Of a DNA stretch of 64,000 nucleotides, positions 28,822-38,104 are shown piece after piece. The stretch is from an uncultured Actinomycetota bacterium. GTDB taxonomy: Bacteria > Actinomycetota > Actinomycetes > JAFAQI01. The position numbers and the translations under genes are program-made. Location: contig CAVYQE010000002.1 in assembly GCA_963770565.1 (NCBI GenBank), forward strand, positions 800,001-864,000, given 5' to 3'. The stretch's first letter is position 1, and each line of letters begins with the position of its first letter. The notes below the pieces were generated by a model that was not told the DNA's origin, did no database searches, and saw nothing but the letters and a program-made list of their open reading frames with translations.

Positions 28822-30375
28822 ATGCCGCCGCCCGCGCGTGCCCGTCACCGTCGGATCGAACAGCTTGAACCGGTGCTCCCGCCGACGCACGACGACCCGG
28901 TGGTGGCCGGTGCCAGCCGGCTGATCGGTGGGCGACGGGGCCTGCACGCCGACGGCCCGACCTCATGGTGGTGGACACCGGTCCGGGTCGCGCTCGGTCT
29001 GACCATCCTGGTCTCCGTCTTCGGCTACCTGCAGAAGACTGACTGTTTCGGCGCCGGCGGCTACGCCAACGAGCACCAGTACAGCCGGCTGTGTTACGCC
29101 GATACCTACGCGTTGTACGTCGACGAAGGCCTCAACGCCCGGACGAACAGCGCCGGCGCCGTGACCGGCCGGGTCTCGGTGCCCTACCGCGACCACCCGG
29201 TCGAATACCCGCCGGTCATGGGCGGCCTGATGTGGGCCGCTGCGGAGCTCACGGCGTTCGTGCATCCGGGCGAGAACGCCGACATTGGGGGATCGCACGA
29301 CCAGACCTTCTTCAACCTGACCGCACTGGGCCTCGCGATCTGCGCGCTGATCTCGACCTGGACGGTCGCCCAGCTGGCCGGTCGGCGGCGGGCGTGGGAC
29401 GCGGTCATGGTGGCCGCCTCGCCGGCGCTGTTCATGTACGCGTTCACGAACTGGGACCTGGCCGCGGTGGCGTTGACCGGGCTCGGGCTGTGGGCCTGGA
29501 GTCGCGGCTCTCCGGTGTGGGCCGGGCTGTTGCTCGGCGTGGGGATCTCGACCAAGCTCTACCCGCTGTTCGTCCTGATCGCGCTGGTCATGCTGTGTGC
29601 GCGCGCCGGTCTGTGGCGGGCCGCGGCGAAGGCGGTGGGCGGCGCGGTCGCCGGCATCATCGTCTGTTACGTGCCGGCGATCCTGATCTCCAAGTCGTTC
29701 CTGTTCCCGAACTCGACCTGTCCGACCGCACACGAGCTGTCAGGCTGGCGATGGTTCCTCTCGCTGAGCCAGACCCGGGGGGCGGACTGGGGCAGCGTCT
29801 GGCTGGTCGCCCAGCACCTGTTCCGCGGCGATTTCATCGGCCATGCGCTCAACGCCCAGCCGGCCTGTGGGTCCTCGCCCACCACGCTGAACGTCGTGTC
29901 CTCGACCTGCGTCCTGCTCGTCATCGCCGGCGTCGGCGCTCTGGTGGCGATGGCGCCCCGCCGGCCGCGGGTCGGTCAGGTGGCGTTCCTGCTGGTGGCG
30001 GGATTCGTGATGCTCAACAAGGTTGACTCGCCGCAGTACGCGCTCTGGCTGGTGCCGCTTGCGGTGCTGGCCCGGCCGCGCTGGGCCTCGTTGCTGATCT
30101 GGCAGGCCACCGAGGTGCTGCTCGGGGCCGCGAACCTCTACACCCTGATCGCACTCGACCACTCCGACCAGGGACTGCCGATGGCGACGTACCTGATCAC
30201 GATCGTGATCCGGGACGTCGTCCTGACCGGCCTGCTGGCGCTGGTCGTGCGCGACATCCTCGTCCCGCGGGGTGACGTCGTACGCCGCGACGGGGTCGAT
30301 GATCCGGCCGGTGGGCTGCTCGACGGCGCCCCGGACGCCCGGCTCGACATGCTGATACCGGAGCACGTGGGCTGA
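28822..30375 (+). CDS. Glycosyltransferase family 87 (DUF2029) membrane mannosyltransferase-like
   Basis: QY..LCYAD, VEYPP, NWDL, KLYP, NKVDSPQY.LWL; conserved after ponA1; start uncertain. Confidence 0.88.
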   Translation: MPPPARARHRRIEQLEPVLPPTHDDPVVAGASRLIGGRRGLHADGPTSWWWTPVRVALGLTILVSVFGYLQKTDCFGAGGYANEHQYSRLCYADTYALYVDEGLNARTNSAGAVTGRVSVPYRDHPVEYPPVMGGLMWAAAELTAFVHPGENADIGGSHDQTFFNLTALGLAICALISTWTVAQLAGRRRAWDAVMVAASPALFMYAFTNWDLAAVALTGLGLWAWSRGSPVWAGLLLGVGISTKLYPLFVLIALVMLCARAGLWRAAAKAVGGAVAGIIVCYVPAILISKSFLFPNSTCPTAHELSGWRWFLSLSQTRGADWGSVWLVAQHLFRGDFIGHALNAQPACGSSPTTLNVVSSTCVLLVIAGVGALVAMAPRRPRVGQVAFLLVAGFVMLNKVDSPQYALWLVPLAVLARPRWASLLIWQATEVLLGAANLYTLIALDHSDQGLPMATYLITIVIRDVVLTGLLALVVRDILVPRGDVVRRDGVDDPAGGLLDGAPDARLDMLIPEHVG

Positions 30376-30472
30376 GCCGACCCGGCTGTGGACGACGACC
30401 GGGAGTGTCGTTCGTGGCCGTTACTGTCGTGCTGGACCACTGCTAGCCTGGGCGGCGCTCGACGCAGAGCAG

Positions 30473-30580
30473 CCTCCTGTCACGACGTGACGGCGCTGAA
30501 CCCGCTTCCCGCTCGTTCAGTGCATCTCGTCGTGGCCGCCTCGTCACCACCGCGGTGACGTGCACAGAGTCCAAAGGAGG
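30473..30580 (+). promoter_or_regulatory. S6:S18-type ribosomal protein leader of the rpsF-ssb-rpsR-rplI operon
   Basis: Anti-SD CCTCCT (30473-30478) can pair with SD AGGAGG (30575-30580); inner stem gtcacgacg / cgtcgtggc followed by CCG; -10 TAGCCT at 30444-30449. Confidence 0.6.
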
Positions 30581-30592
30581 TGGGTTGCCCGC

Positions 30593-30883
30593 ATGCGTCA
30601 TTACGAACTGATGGTCATCCTCGATCCAGACCTCGAGGAACGCACCGTCGCCCCGTCGCTCGACCAGTTCCTCGGCGTGGTCCGCCAAGGTGGCGGCACC
30701 GTCGAGAAGGTCGACGTGTGGGGTCGGCGCCGGCTGGCCTACGAGATCTCGCACAAGGTCGAGGGCATCTACGCGATCCTCGACGTCACCGCCGAGCCCG
30801 CGACCGTCAAGGAGCTCGATCGCCAGCTCAACCTCAACGAATCAGTGCTGCGCACCAAGGTGCTGCGGCCGGACACGAAGTAG
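30593..30883 (+). CDS. rpsF: 30S ribosomal protein S6
   Basis: [12 protein letters not shown]...[10 protein letters not shown]...[10 protein letters not shown]. Confidence 0.97.
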   Translation: MRHYELMVILDPDLEERTVAPSLDQFLGVVRQGGGTVEKVDVWGRRRLAYEISHKVEGIYAILDVTAEPATVKELDRQLNLNESVLRTKVLRPDTK

Positions 30884-30892
30884 GACCGGGCC

Positions 30893-31381
30893 ATGGCAGC
30901 AGGCGACACGACCATCACGCTGATCGGCAACCTCGTCGACGACCCCGAGCTGCGGTTCACGCCGTCGGGTGCGGCGGTAGCGAAGTTCCGGATCGCATCG
31001 ACGCCTCGATTCCTGGACAAGACCACCAACGAGTGGAAGGACGGCGAGAGCCTGTTCCTGTCGTGCAACGTCTGGCGGCAGGCGGCCGAGAACGTCGCCG
31101 AGTCGCTGCAGCGCGGCATGCGGGTGATCGTCTCGGGCCGGCTCAAGCAGCGCTCGTACGAGACCAAAGAGGGCGAGAAGCGCACGGTCTACGAGGTCGA
31201 GGTCGACGAGGTCGGCCCGTCCTTGCGCAATGCGACCGCGAAGGTCGTGAAGGCCCAGCGCAGCGGCGGTGGGTCCTACTCCGGTTCCTCGGGCGGATCG
31301 GCCGGCGCGGCCCCGGCCGGGGACGACCCGTGGGCCACCCCGGCCTCCGGCGGCGGGCTCACCGACGAGCCGCCGTTCTGA
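30893..31381 (+). CDS. ssb: Single-stranded DNA-binding protein
   Basis: [15 protein letters not shown]...C-terminal DEPPF. Confidence 0.97.
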   Translation: MAAGDTTITLIGNLVDDPELRFTPSGAAVAKFRIASTPRFLDKTTNEWKDGESLFLSCNVWRQAAENVAESLQRGMRVIVSGRLKQRSYETKEGEKRTVYEVEVDEVGPSLRNATAKVVKAQRSGGGSYSGSSGGSAGAAPAGDDPWATPASGGGLTDEPPF

Positions 31382-31457
31382 TCTGTCGCCGCTGAGGCGC
31401 GTTCCCCACCCGACCATCCCCTCGTGCTGAGGGGCTCGCACCGACTGGAGCACCACG

Positions 31458-31694
31458 ATGGCCAAGCCTGTCGTTCGAAAGCTGAAGAAGAAGGTCTGTC
31501 AGTTCTGCAAGGACAAGACCGCCTACATCGACTACAAGGACACCAACCTGCTGCGGAAGTTCATCTCCGACCGCGGCAAGATCCGGGCCCGCCGGGTGAC
31601 CGGCAACTGCTCGCAGCACCAGCGCGACATCGCGATCGCGGTCAAGAACAGCCGCGAGATGGCGCTGCTTCCCTACACCAGCACGGCGCGCTGA
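31458..31694 (+). CDS. rpsR: 30S ribosomal protein S18 (zinc-binding C+ form)
   Basis: CQFC...[17 protein letters not shown]...C.QHQR...ALLPY. Confidence 0.97.
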   Translation: MAKPVVRKLKKKVCQFCKDKTAYIDYKDTNLLRKFISDRGKIRARRVTGNCSQHQRDIAIAVKNSREMALLPYTSTAR

Positions 31695-31705
31695 GGGGCA
31701 CTGAG

Positions 31706-32155
31706 ATGAAACTGATTCTCACTCAGCAGGTCACCGGCCTCGGTGAGCCGGGTGACGTGGTCGAGGTGAAGGACGGCTACGGCCGCAACTTCCTCGTCCC
31801 GCGCGGCCTCGCGATGCGCTGGACCAAGGGCGGCGAGAGCCAGGTCGCGGCGCTTCGCCGTGGCCGCGAGGTCCACGACATCCGCTCCTTGAGCGAGGCC
31901 CGCGAGCTTGCCGGCCAGCTTGCCGCGTTGCAGGTCACGCTGGCTTCGCGCGCCGGTGCCGGTGGCCGGCTGTTCGGCTCGGTGACCACCGCCGACGTCG
32001 TCGAGGCGGTCAGCGCCGCGGGCGGCCCCAAGCTCGATCGGCGCCGGCTCGAGCTGCCGAGCGCCCACATCAAGACCGTGGGCACCCACCCGGTCTCGGT
32101 GCGGCTGCACCCCGAGGTGACCGCCTCGGTGACGGTGGAGGTCGTCCCGGCCTGA
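31706..32155 (+). CDS. rplI: 50S ribosomal protein L9
   Basis: [32 protein letters not shown]...LFGSVT...LHPEV. Confidence 0.97.
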   Translation: MKLILTQQVTGLGEPGDVVEVKDGYGRNFLVPRGLAMRWTKGGESQVAALRRGREVHDIRSLSEARELAGQLAALQVTLASRAGAGGRLFGSVTTADVVEAVSAAGGPKLDRRRLELPSAHIKTVGTHPVSVRLHPEVTASVTVEVVPA

Positions 32156-32251
32156 CCGCCGGCCCGGGCCGGGTGGCGTTTGCCGGTCGTTGGTCCGGTG
32201 TTCGCCGCCCCGAGGTGCGGCGTAGCGTCGACAATCCTTTGGGCACACACC

Positions 32252-32382
32252 TGTGAACCGGCGTCTTCGCAGGTCGCCACGCGTGTCGCCGGGTCGATCA
32301 ACAGCATCGTCCACACCTGTGCACAGATTCGTGCACAGCGCCACGACGGGGCGTGCACACCGCCTGCACACCGGCGTCCACA
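32252..32382. promoter_or_regulatory. Cluster of degenerate DnaA-box-like 9-mers upstream of dnaB
   Basis: cgatcaaca 32295, tcgtccaca 32307, ctgtgcaca 32317, tcgtgcaca 32329, gcgtgcaca 32351, gcctgcaca 32362, gcgtccaca 32374; inverted tgtgaaccg 32252. Confidence 0.6.
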
Positions 32383-32513
32383 CCACGGGCAAACTGCTCG
32401 GTTCCAAGCGGGTCGCAGCGTGCGCCACCGACCTAACGTCTCGAGGAGCCTGTCGTACCCGGGTGCTTGCGTAACGGGGGACAGTACGGCGAGTCGGGGA
32501 GGCAGGTTCAGCA

Positions 32514-33890
32514 GTGAGCATCGCCGACGTTGTATCGATGCCGAGTGGGCCGCGCATCGACATCGACCGCACTCCGCCACAGGACATCCTTGCCGAGCAG
32601 TGCGTGCTCGGCGGGATGCTGTTGAGCAAGGACGCGATCGCCGATGTCGTCGAGGTCCTGCGGCCGAGCGACTTCTACCGGCCGGTGCACCAGACGATCT
32701 ACGACTCGATCATCGACCTGTACGGCAAGGGCGAGCCGGCTGACCCGGTGACGGTTGCGGCCGAGCTGACCCGGCTCGGCACGCTCGAGCGGACCGGCGG
32801 CGGGCCCTACCTCCACACCCTGATCGAGTCGGTGCCGACCGCGGCCAACGCCGGCTATTACGCCCAGATCGTGCGCGAGCGGGCGATCCTGCGCCGGCTG
32901 GTCGATGCTGGCACGAAGGTCGTGCAGCTCGGGTACGGCGCGGCCGGCGGTGCGGGGGGCGACGTCGACGACGTGGTCGACCGAGCCCAGGCCGCGGTCT
33001 ACGAGGTGGTCGAGCGCCGGACCAGCGAGGACTACGTCGGGCTCGAGGACGCGATGATGTCCACGCTCGCCGAGCTCGAGGCGATCCAGACCCACCAGGG
33101 CGCGCTGTCCGGCGTACCGACCGGGTTCCGCGACCTCGACGAGCTGACCAACGGGCTGCACCCGGGTCAGCTCGTCGTGATCGCCGGCCGGCCCGGTCTC
33201 GGCAAGTCCACCCTCGGCATGGACATGATGCGGGCCGCATCGATCCGCACCCGGCTCGCCTCGGTGCTGTTCTCCCTCGAGATGGGCAAGAGCGAGATCA
33301 CCATGCGGATGCTCTCGGCCGAGGCTCGGGTGCAGCTGCAGCGGATGCGCACCGGCGGCATGTCCGACGACGACTGGACCCGGATGGCCCGGCGGATGAG
33401 CGAGGTCGCCGACGCGCCGATGTTCATCGACGACTCGCCCAACCTGACCATGATGGAGATCCGGGCGAAGTCCCGCCGGCTCAAGCAGCGGCACGACCTC
33501 AAGCTCATCGTCGTGGACTACCTCCAGCTGATGACGAGCCCGAGGCGGGTCGAGAGCCGCCAGCAGGAAGTCGCCGAGATGAGCCGGTCGCTGAAGTTGC
33601 TCGCCAAGGAGCTCGACGTTCCCGTGGTCGCGATCAGCCAGCTCAACCGTGGTGCCGAGCAGCGCGCGGACAAGAAGCCGCAGCTGTCCGACCTGCGGGA
33701 GTCCGGCGCGATCGAGCAGGACGCCGACATTGTGATCCTGCTGCACCGCGAGGATGCCTACGAGCGGGAGTCACCCCGCGCCGGCGAGGCAGACCTGATC
33801 GTGGCCAAGAACCGCAACGGCCCCACCAAGGAGATCGCGGTGTCGTCGAAGTTGCATTACTCATGCTTCGTCGACATGCAGAGATCCTGA
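32514..33890 (+). CDS. dnaB: Replicative DNA helicase DnaB (no intein)
   Basis: PPQD..AEQ.VLG, GRPGLGKS, FSLEM, VDYLQLM, SDLRESGAIEQDAD, AKNRNGPT; 458 aa. Confidence 0.97.
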   Translation: MSIADVVSMPSGPRIDIDRTPPQDILAEQCVLGGMLLSKDAIADVVEVLRPSDFYRPVHQTIYDSIIDLYGKGEPADPVTVAAELTRLGTLERTGGGPYLHTLIESVPTAANAGYYAQIVRERAILRRLVDAGTKVVQLGYGAAGGAGGDVDDVVDRAQAAVYEVVERRTSEDYVGLEDAMMSTLAELEAIQTHQGALSGVPTGFRDLDELTNGLHPGQLVVIAGRPGLGKSTLGMDMMRAASIRTRLASVLFSLEMGKSEITMRMLSAEARVQLQRMRTGGMSDDDWTRMARRMSEVADAPMFIDDSPNLTMMEIRAKSRRLKQRHDLKLIVVDYLQLMTSPRRVESRQQEVAEMSRSLKLLAKELDVPVVAISQLNRGAEQRADKKPQLSDLRESGAIEQDADIVILLHREDAYERESPRAGEADLIVAKNRNGPTKEIAVSSKLHYSCFVDMQRS

Positions 33891-33893
33891 CGC

Positions 33894-34067
33894 TCAGATC
33901 CTCGCTCGCGGCGTTTTCCCTCGCTTGCGTGCTTCAGCACGCGGCGCTCGGTGCGGCCTTGCGAGCAAGAATCTGACCGCCAGGCTCGGCCGTGCGGTTC
34001 GGTGTCTCTCGCTTGCGGCTTCGAAGCACGCGGCGCTCGGTGCGGCCTTGCGATCGACCACCTGAGC
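33894..34067. repeat. Two tandem copies (one intact, one degenerate) of the TCGCAAGG...AACGCCGCGAG structured element
   Basis: Copy A 33894-33976 has terminal arms tcagatcctcgctcgc / gcgagcaagaatctga. Identical 29-mer agcacgcggcgctcggtgcggccttgcga at 33936-33964 and 34025-34053. Confidence 0.75.
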
Positions 34068-34093
34068 ACCCGCCTAGCGCGCGACTGCGTTCC

Positions 34094-34174
34094 AAGCAAT
34101 GTCACATTGCCCCCACTTTGTGGGGGGCAATGCGACATCACCCCCGGGAAAGGCTGGGCAATGACACATTGCTT
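34094..34174. repeat. Triple-palindrome 31-bp-period mini-array, copy 2
   Basis: Cores gcaatgtcacattgc 34096, gcaatgcgacatcac 34127, gcaatgacacattgc 34158. Confidence 0.9.
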
Positions 34175-34271
34175 TCGGGGGGCACCGAATCCGGTTCGGA
34201 TCGTGATCGTTAGCATCGGGTGACCGAGCGCGCACTCCTGTCGCGCCAGCGTGGTGAGGTGCGACAGCGGC

Positions 34272-35597
34272 GTGGCCGACTCATTCCCCGACGACACCTC
34301 ACGTCCTGCTGCCTCGGTCTCACCCGAATCCCTGCGGATTGCGCTGCTGTCCTACCGCAGCAAGCCGCACTGCGGCGGTCAGGGTGTGTACGTCCGGCAC
34401 CTCTCGCGCGAGCTGGTCGAGCTCGGCCACCAGGTCGAGGTCATCAGCGGCCAGCCCTACCCGCGGCTCGACCCGGGTCCCGAGCTGCTGGAGCTGCCGA
34501 GCCTCGACCTCTATCGCGAGCCGGATCCCTTCCGTACGCCGAACTGGCGCGAGATCCGGGACTGGATCGACGTGGCCGAGGTCCTCTCGATGTGGACCGG
34601 CGGTTTCCCCGAGCCGCTGACCTTCTCGCTGCGAGCGGCCCGGCTGATGCGCTCGCGCGCCTCCGAGTTCGACGTGGTGCACGACAACCAGACCCTCGGC
34701 TACGGGATGCTCTCGCTCGGCAAGGCCGGGCTTCCGCTGATCGCGACCGTGCACCACCCGGTCAGCGTGGATCGAGTCGTCGAGATCGCGAACGCGCCCA
34801 ACCTGCGGCAGCGGCTCGGCAAGCACCGCTGGTACACGTTTACCCGCATGCAGGGCCGGGTGGCCCGCCGGATGACCTCGCTCGTTACGGTCTCGACCAA
34901 CTCCGCGGCCGACATCGTGCGCGACTTCCGGGTCAGCCCCGAGGTGATGCGGGTCGTCCCGATCGGGGTCGACACGCTCACCTTCCGGCCACCGAGCGTG
35001 CCGCGGGTGCCGGGCCGGATCGTCGCGGTGTCGAGCTCCGACAGCCCGATTAAGGGCGTCAAGGTGTTGCTCGAGGCGGTCGCGAAGCTGCGGACCGGGC
35101 ACGACGTCGAGCTCGTGGTGGTCGGCACGCCGCGCCCGGAGGGTCCGGTCGCAAGAGCGGTCGAGGACCTCGGCTTGGCCGATGTGGCCCGGTTCGTGGC
35201 CGGGCTCACCGACGACGGCATCGCCGCGCTGCTCGGCTCGGCCGAGATCGCGGTGGTCCCATCGCTCTACGAGGGGTTCTCGATCCCGGCGGTGGAGGCG
35301 ATGGCGTGCGGTACGCCGCTGATCGCGAGCCGGGCCGGCGCGCTCCCCGAGGTCGTCGGCGACGACGGGGTCTCGGCGGTGCTGTTCGAGCCGGGCGACG
35401 CCGCGGATCTGGCTGACAAGCTCGGTGCGCTCTTCGACGACGACGAGCGGCGGCTCGCCCTCGGTGCGGCCGGCCGCCGCCGGGTGGAGCAGTCCTACAG
35501 CTGGCGTCGGGTCGCGGAGTCGATGGTCGAGGTCTATCGCGACGCGATCGCCGCGAAGGCGGCGAGCATCGCTGCCGCGCGCGGGTCGAGGCGGTAG
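34272..35597 (+). CDS. manT: GT4 glycosyltransferase, ManT-like alpha-(1->4)-mannosyltransferase of methylmannose polysaccharide synthesis
   Basis: RIALLSYRSKPHCGGQGVYVRHLS, GGFPEPLTFSLR, HDNQ, PSLYEGFSIPAVEAMACG; cluster context; start uncertain. Confidence 0.75.
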   Translation: MADSFPDDTSRPAASVSPESLRIALLSYRSKPHCGGQGVYVRHLSRELVELGHQVEVISGQPYPRLDPGPELLELPSLDLYREPDPFRTPNWREIRDWIDVAEVLSMWTGGFPEPLTFSLRAARLMRSRASEFDVVHDNQTLGYGMLSLGKAGLPLIATVHHPVSVDRVVEIANAPNLRQRLGKHRWYTFTRMQGRVARRMTSLVTVSTNSAADIVRDFRVSPEVMRVVPIGVDTLTFRPPSVPRVPGRIVAVSSSDSPIKGVKVLLEAVAKLRTGHDVELVVVGTPRPEGPVARAVEDLGLADVARFVAGLTDDGIAALLGSAEIAVVPSLYEGFSIPAVEAMACGTPLIASRAGALPEVVGDDGVSAVLFEPGDAADLADKLGALFDDDERRLALGAAGRRRVEQSYSWRRVAESMVEVYRDAIAAKAASIAAARGSRR

Positions 35598-35605
35598 GTC
35601 GCGAC

Positions 35606-36340
35606 GTGCTGACAGTCGACTTCTCGCAGTTCCCGGTCTCGCCGGGTGATCGGGTGCTCGACCTCGGTTGTGGTGGCGGCCGGCACGCCTTCGAGCTGTA
35701 CCGCCGCGGGGCCAACGTGGTCGCGCTCGACCACGACGGGGATGAGTTGGCTGGCGTCGAGACGATGTTCGCGGCGATGCGCGCGGCCGGTGAGCCGCCG
35801 GCCGGCGCGACCGCGACGGTGGTGCAGGGCGACGTGCTCGCGCTGCCGTTCCCGAACGCCTCGTTCGACGCGGTGATCGCGGCCGAGGTGCTCGAGCACA
35901 TCCCCGACGACGTCCGCGCGATGGCGGAGATCGCCCGCATCGTCCGGCCCGGTGGTCACGTCGCCGTGACCGTCCCGCGCTGGTGGCCGGAGCAGATCTG
36001 CTGGGCGCTGTCGCGCGAATATCACGAGGTGCCGGGCGGACACATCCGGATCTATCGAGGCGACCAGGTGACGTCGCGGCTGGCCGCGACCGGCCTCGAG
36101 CCTCGGGCCACGCATCACGCCCATGCGCTGCACTCGCCGTACTGGTGGCTCAACTGCGCGCTCGGCCGGGAGAGCCTGCCCTCCAAGGCATGGCACCGGA
36201 TCCTGGTGTGGGACATCGTCAAGGCGCCGACCTTGACCCGCACCGCCGAGCGGTGGCTGAACCCGGTGATGGGCAAGAGCCTGGTCGTGTACGCGGACAA
36301 ACCGGTCAACGGCTCGGGGCGGGCACATGCCCACGCCTGA
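35606..36340 (+). CDS. Class I SAM methyltransferase (putative MMP 3-O-methyltransferase)
   Basis: MLTVDF...VLDLGCGGGRHAFE...AEVLEHIPDD...ICWALS.EYH...HHAHALHSPYWWL. Confidence 0.78.
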   Translation: MLTVDFSQFPVSPGDRVLDLGCGGGRHAFELYRRGANVVALDHDGDELAGVETMFAAMRAAGEPPAGATATVVQGDVLALPFPNASFDAVIAAEVLEHIPDDVRAMAEIARIVRPGGHVAVTVPRWWPEQICWALSREYHEVPGGHIRIYRGDQVTSRLAATGLEPRATHHAHALHSPYWWLNCALGRESLPSKAWHRILVWDIVKAPTLTRTAERWLNPVMGKSLVVYADKPVNGSGRAHAHA

Positions 36341-37400
36341 CCGGCTCGACCGGGCCGACGTTCGCAGCAGCGCGGCTTCGATCGCGCGGGTGCAGGAGCC
36401 GAGCGGGGCGGTGCCGTGGTTCCCGGGCGGCCACGTCGATCCGTGGGACCACATCGAGTGCGCGATGGCGCTGACGGTGGCCGGGATGCGCGACGAGGCG
36501 CGGGCCGCCTTTGAGTTCCTGCGCGAGACGCAGCGGCCGGACGGGTCGTGGCCGGCGAAGGTGATCGGCGGCGTGGTCGAGGACGCGTCGTTCGAGACCA
36601 ACCAGTGCGCCTACATCGCGGTCGGGGTCTGGCATCACCTGTTGGTGACCGGGGACGTGGACTTCGCGGCCCGGATGTGGCAGACCGTTCGCGACGCGCT
36701 CGACCTGGTGACCGGCTACGCCACCGACCGCGGCGAGATCTCGTGGTCGGTTGGCGCCGATGGCCGGCCCAGGCAGGAGGCGTTGCTGACCGGGTCGTCG
36801 TCGACGTACCACTCGCTTCGTTGTGGCTTGGCGCTGGCCGACCGGCTCGACATCCCGCAGCCGGAGTGGGAGATCGCGACCGGCCGGCTCGGCCACGTGA
36901 TCGTCGAGCACCCCGAGGCCTTCCTCGACAAGTCCCGGTTCTCGATGGACTGGTACTACCCGGTGCTCGGTGGCCCGGTGCGCGGCGCCGCCGGTCGGGA
37001 GCGACTGGCGAGTCGATGGGACGGCTTCGTGGTCCCCGGCCTCGGCATCCGCTGCGTCGACGACGAGCCATGGGTGACCGGCGCCGAGACGGCCGAGCTG
37101 GTCATCGCACTGGACGCGGTCGGCATGACCGATCGCGCTGCCGCGCTATTCGCCGACGTCCAGCACCTCCGCACCGACGACGGGTCGTACTGGACCGGTT
37201 GGCAATATGCGGCCGAGGTCAACTGGCCGGCTGAGCAGTCAACCTGGACGGCGGCCGCAGTGATCCTCGCGGCGGACGCGCTGCTCGGCATGACGCCGGG
37301 CAACGCGGTGTTCGTCGGAGCCGACCTTCCGTGGGGTGTCGGCCTCGGCACGATGTCGTGCGGGTGCGCGTCGTCAGACGCCGCGACCGCGCGACGCTAG
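36327..37400 (+). CDS. (alpha/alpha)6-barrel protein often annotated as prenyltransferase; MmpH-like MMP hydrolase
   Basis: GAVPWFPGGHVDPWDHIECAMAL, Q..DGSW, FSMDWYYPVLGG, PWVTGAETAEL, GSYWTG. Confidence 0.72.
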   Translation: MPTPDRLDRADVRSSAASIARVQEPSGAVPWFPGGHVDPWDHIECAMALTVAGMRDEARAAFEFLRETQRPDGSWPAKVIGGVVEDASFETNQCAYIAVGVWHHLLVTGDVDFAARMWQTVRDALDLVTGYATDRGEISWSVGADGRPRQEALLTGSSSTYHSLRCGLALADRLDIPQPEWEIATGRLGHVIVEHPEAFLDKSRFSMDWYYPVLGGPVRGAAGRERLASRWDGFVVPGLGIRCVDDEPWVTGAETAELVIALDAVGMTDRAAALFADVQHLRTDDGSYWTGWQYAAEVNWPAEQSTWTAAAVILAADALLGMTPGNAVFVGADLPWGVGLGTMSCGCASSDAATARR

Positions 37401-38044
37401 CTGCGGCGCAGGATCCGCAGGCTGCCGACCTGGCGCGCTCCGCTGAAACCGTCTTCGAGTGCGCGCAGATAGACGTGGTACGGCGCCTGACCGCCGTCCG
37501 CCGGGTGCTCGAAGACGTCGTGAATCGCCAGAACCCCTTGTGGGACAACGAATTCGGCCCACCCGGTGTAGTCGTTCTGCGCATGCTCCTCGGCGTGACC
37601 GCCGTCGATGAACAGCATTGCCAGCGGCGTCGACCACAGCGCTGCGACCGTCGTACTGCGTCCGATGATCGCGGTGACCACGTCCTCGAGGCCCGCGTCG
37701 TGCATGGTGCGGCGGAAGAACGGCAGGGTGTCCATCACCCCGGTGTCGGGGTCGACCAATGATGCGTCGTGATGCTCCCAACCGGCCTGATTCTCCTCGG
37801 AGCCGTGGTGGTGGTCGATCGTCACCACCCGGCCGCCGCGCGCCTGCGCGGCCGCGCCCAGCCAGGTCGCCGACTTGCCGCAATAGCTGCCGATCTCGAG
37901 GATGACGCCGACCGGCGCCATCGCCCACGCGGCATCCCAGAGCGCCTCGGCTTCAGCCTCGGGCATGAAGCCCCGAGCGTCGTCCGCGATCTGCTTGAGC
38001 CGCGAGTCGATCCGGACCGGCGCGACGGCCGCTGGGTCGTCCAT
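37397..38044 (-). CDS. Methyltransf_24 class I SAM methyltransferase (MeT1-like MMP 1-O-methyltransferase)
   Basis: GFMP..E, LEIGSYCGKS, DHHHGSEENQAGWEHHD, FIDGGH, HDVF..P.DGGQAP. Confidence 0.78.
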   Translation of the reverse strand: MDDPAAVAPVRIDSRLKQIADDARGFMPEAEAEALWDAAWAMAPVGVILEIGSYCGKSATWLGAAAQARGGRVVTIDHHHGSEENQAGWEHHDASLVDPDTGVMDTLPFFRRTMHDAGLEDVVTAIIGRSTTVAALWSTPLAMLFIDGGHAEEHAQNDYTGWAEFVVPQGVLAIHDVFEHPADGGQAPYHVYLRALEDGFSGARQVGSLRILRRS

Positions 38045-38104
38045 CCGTAGAACCCTACGGCGGTTACCCAGCGGCCATCGCGGCGTCGGTGCGTTCGCGA
38101 AAGG

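Noticed and set aside
32514-33890. Intein in DnaB
   Set aside because: The protein is 458 aa with contiguous helicase motifs and no splice-junction residues or insertion.
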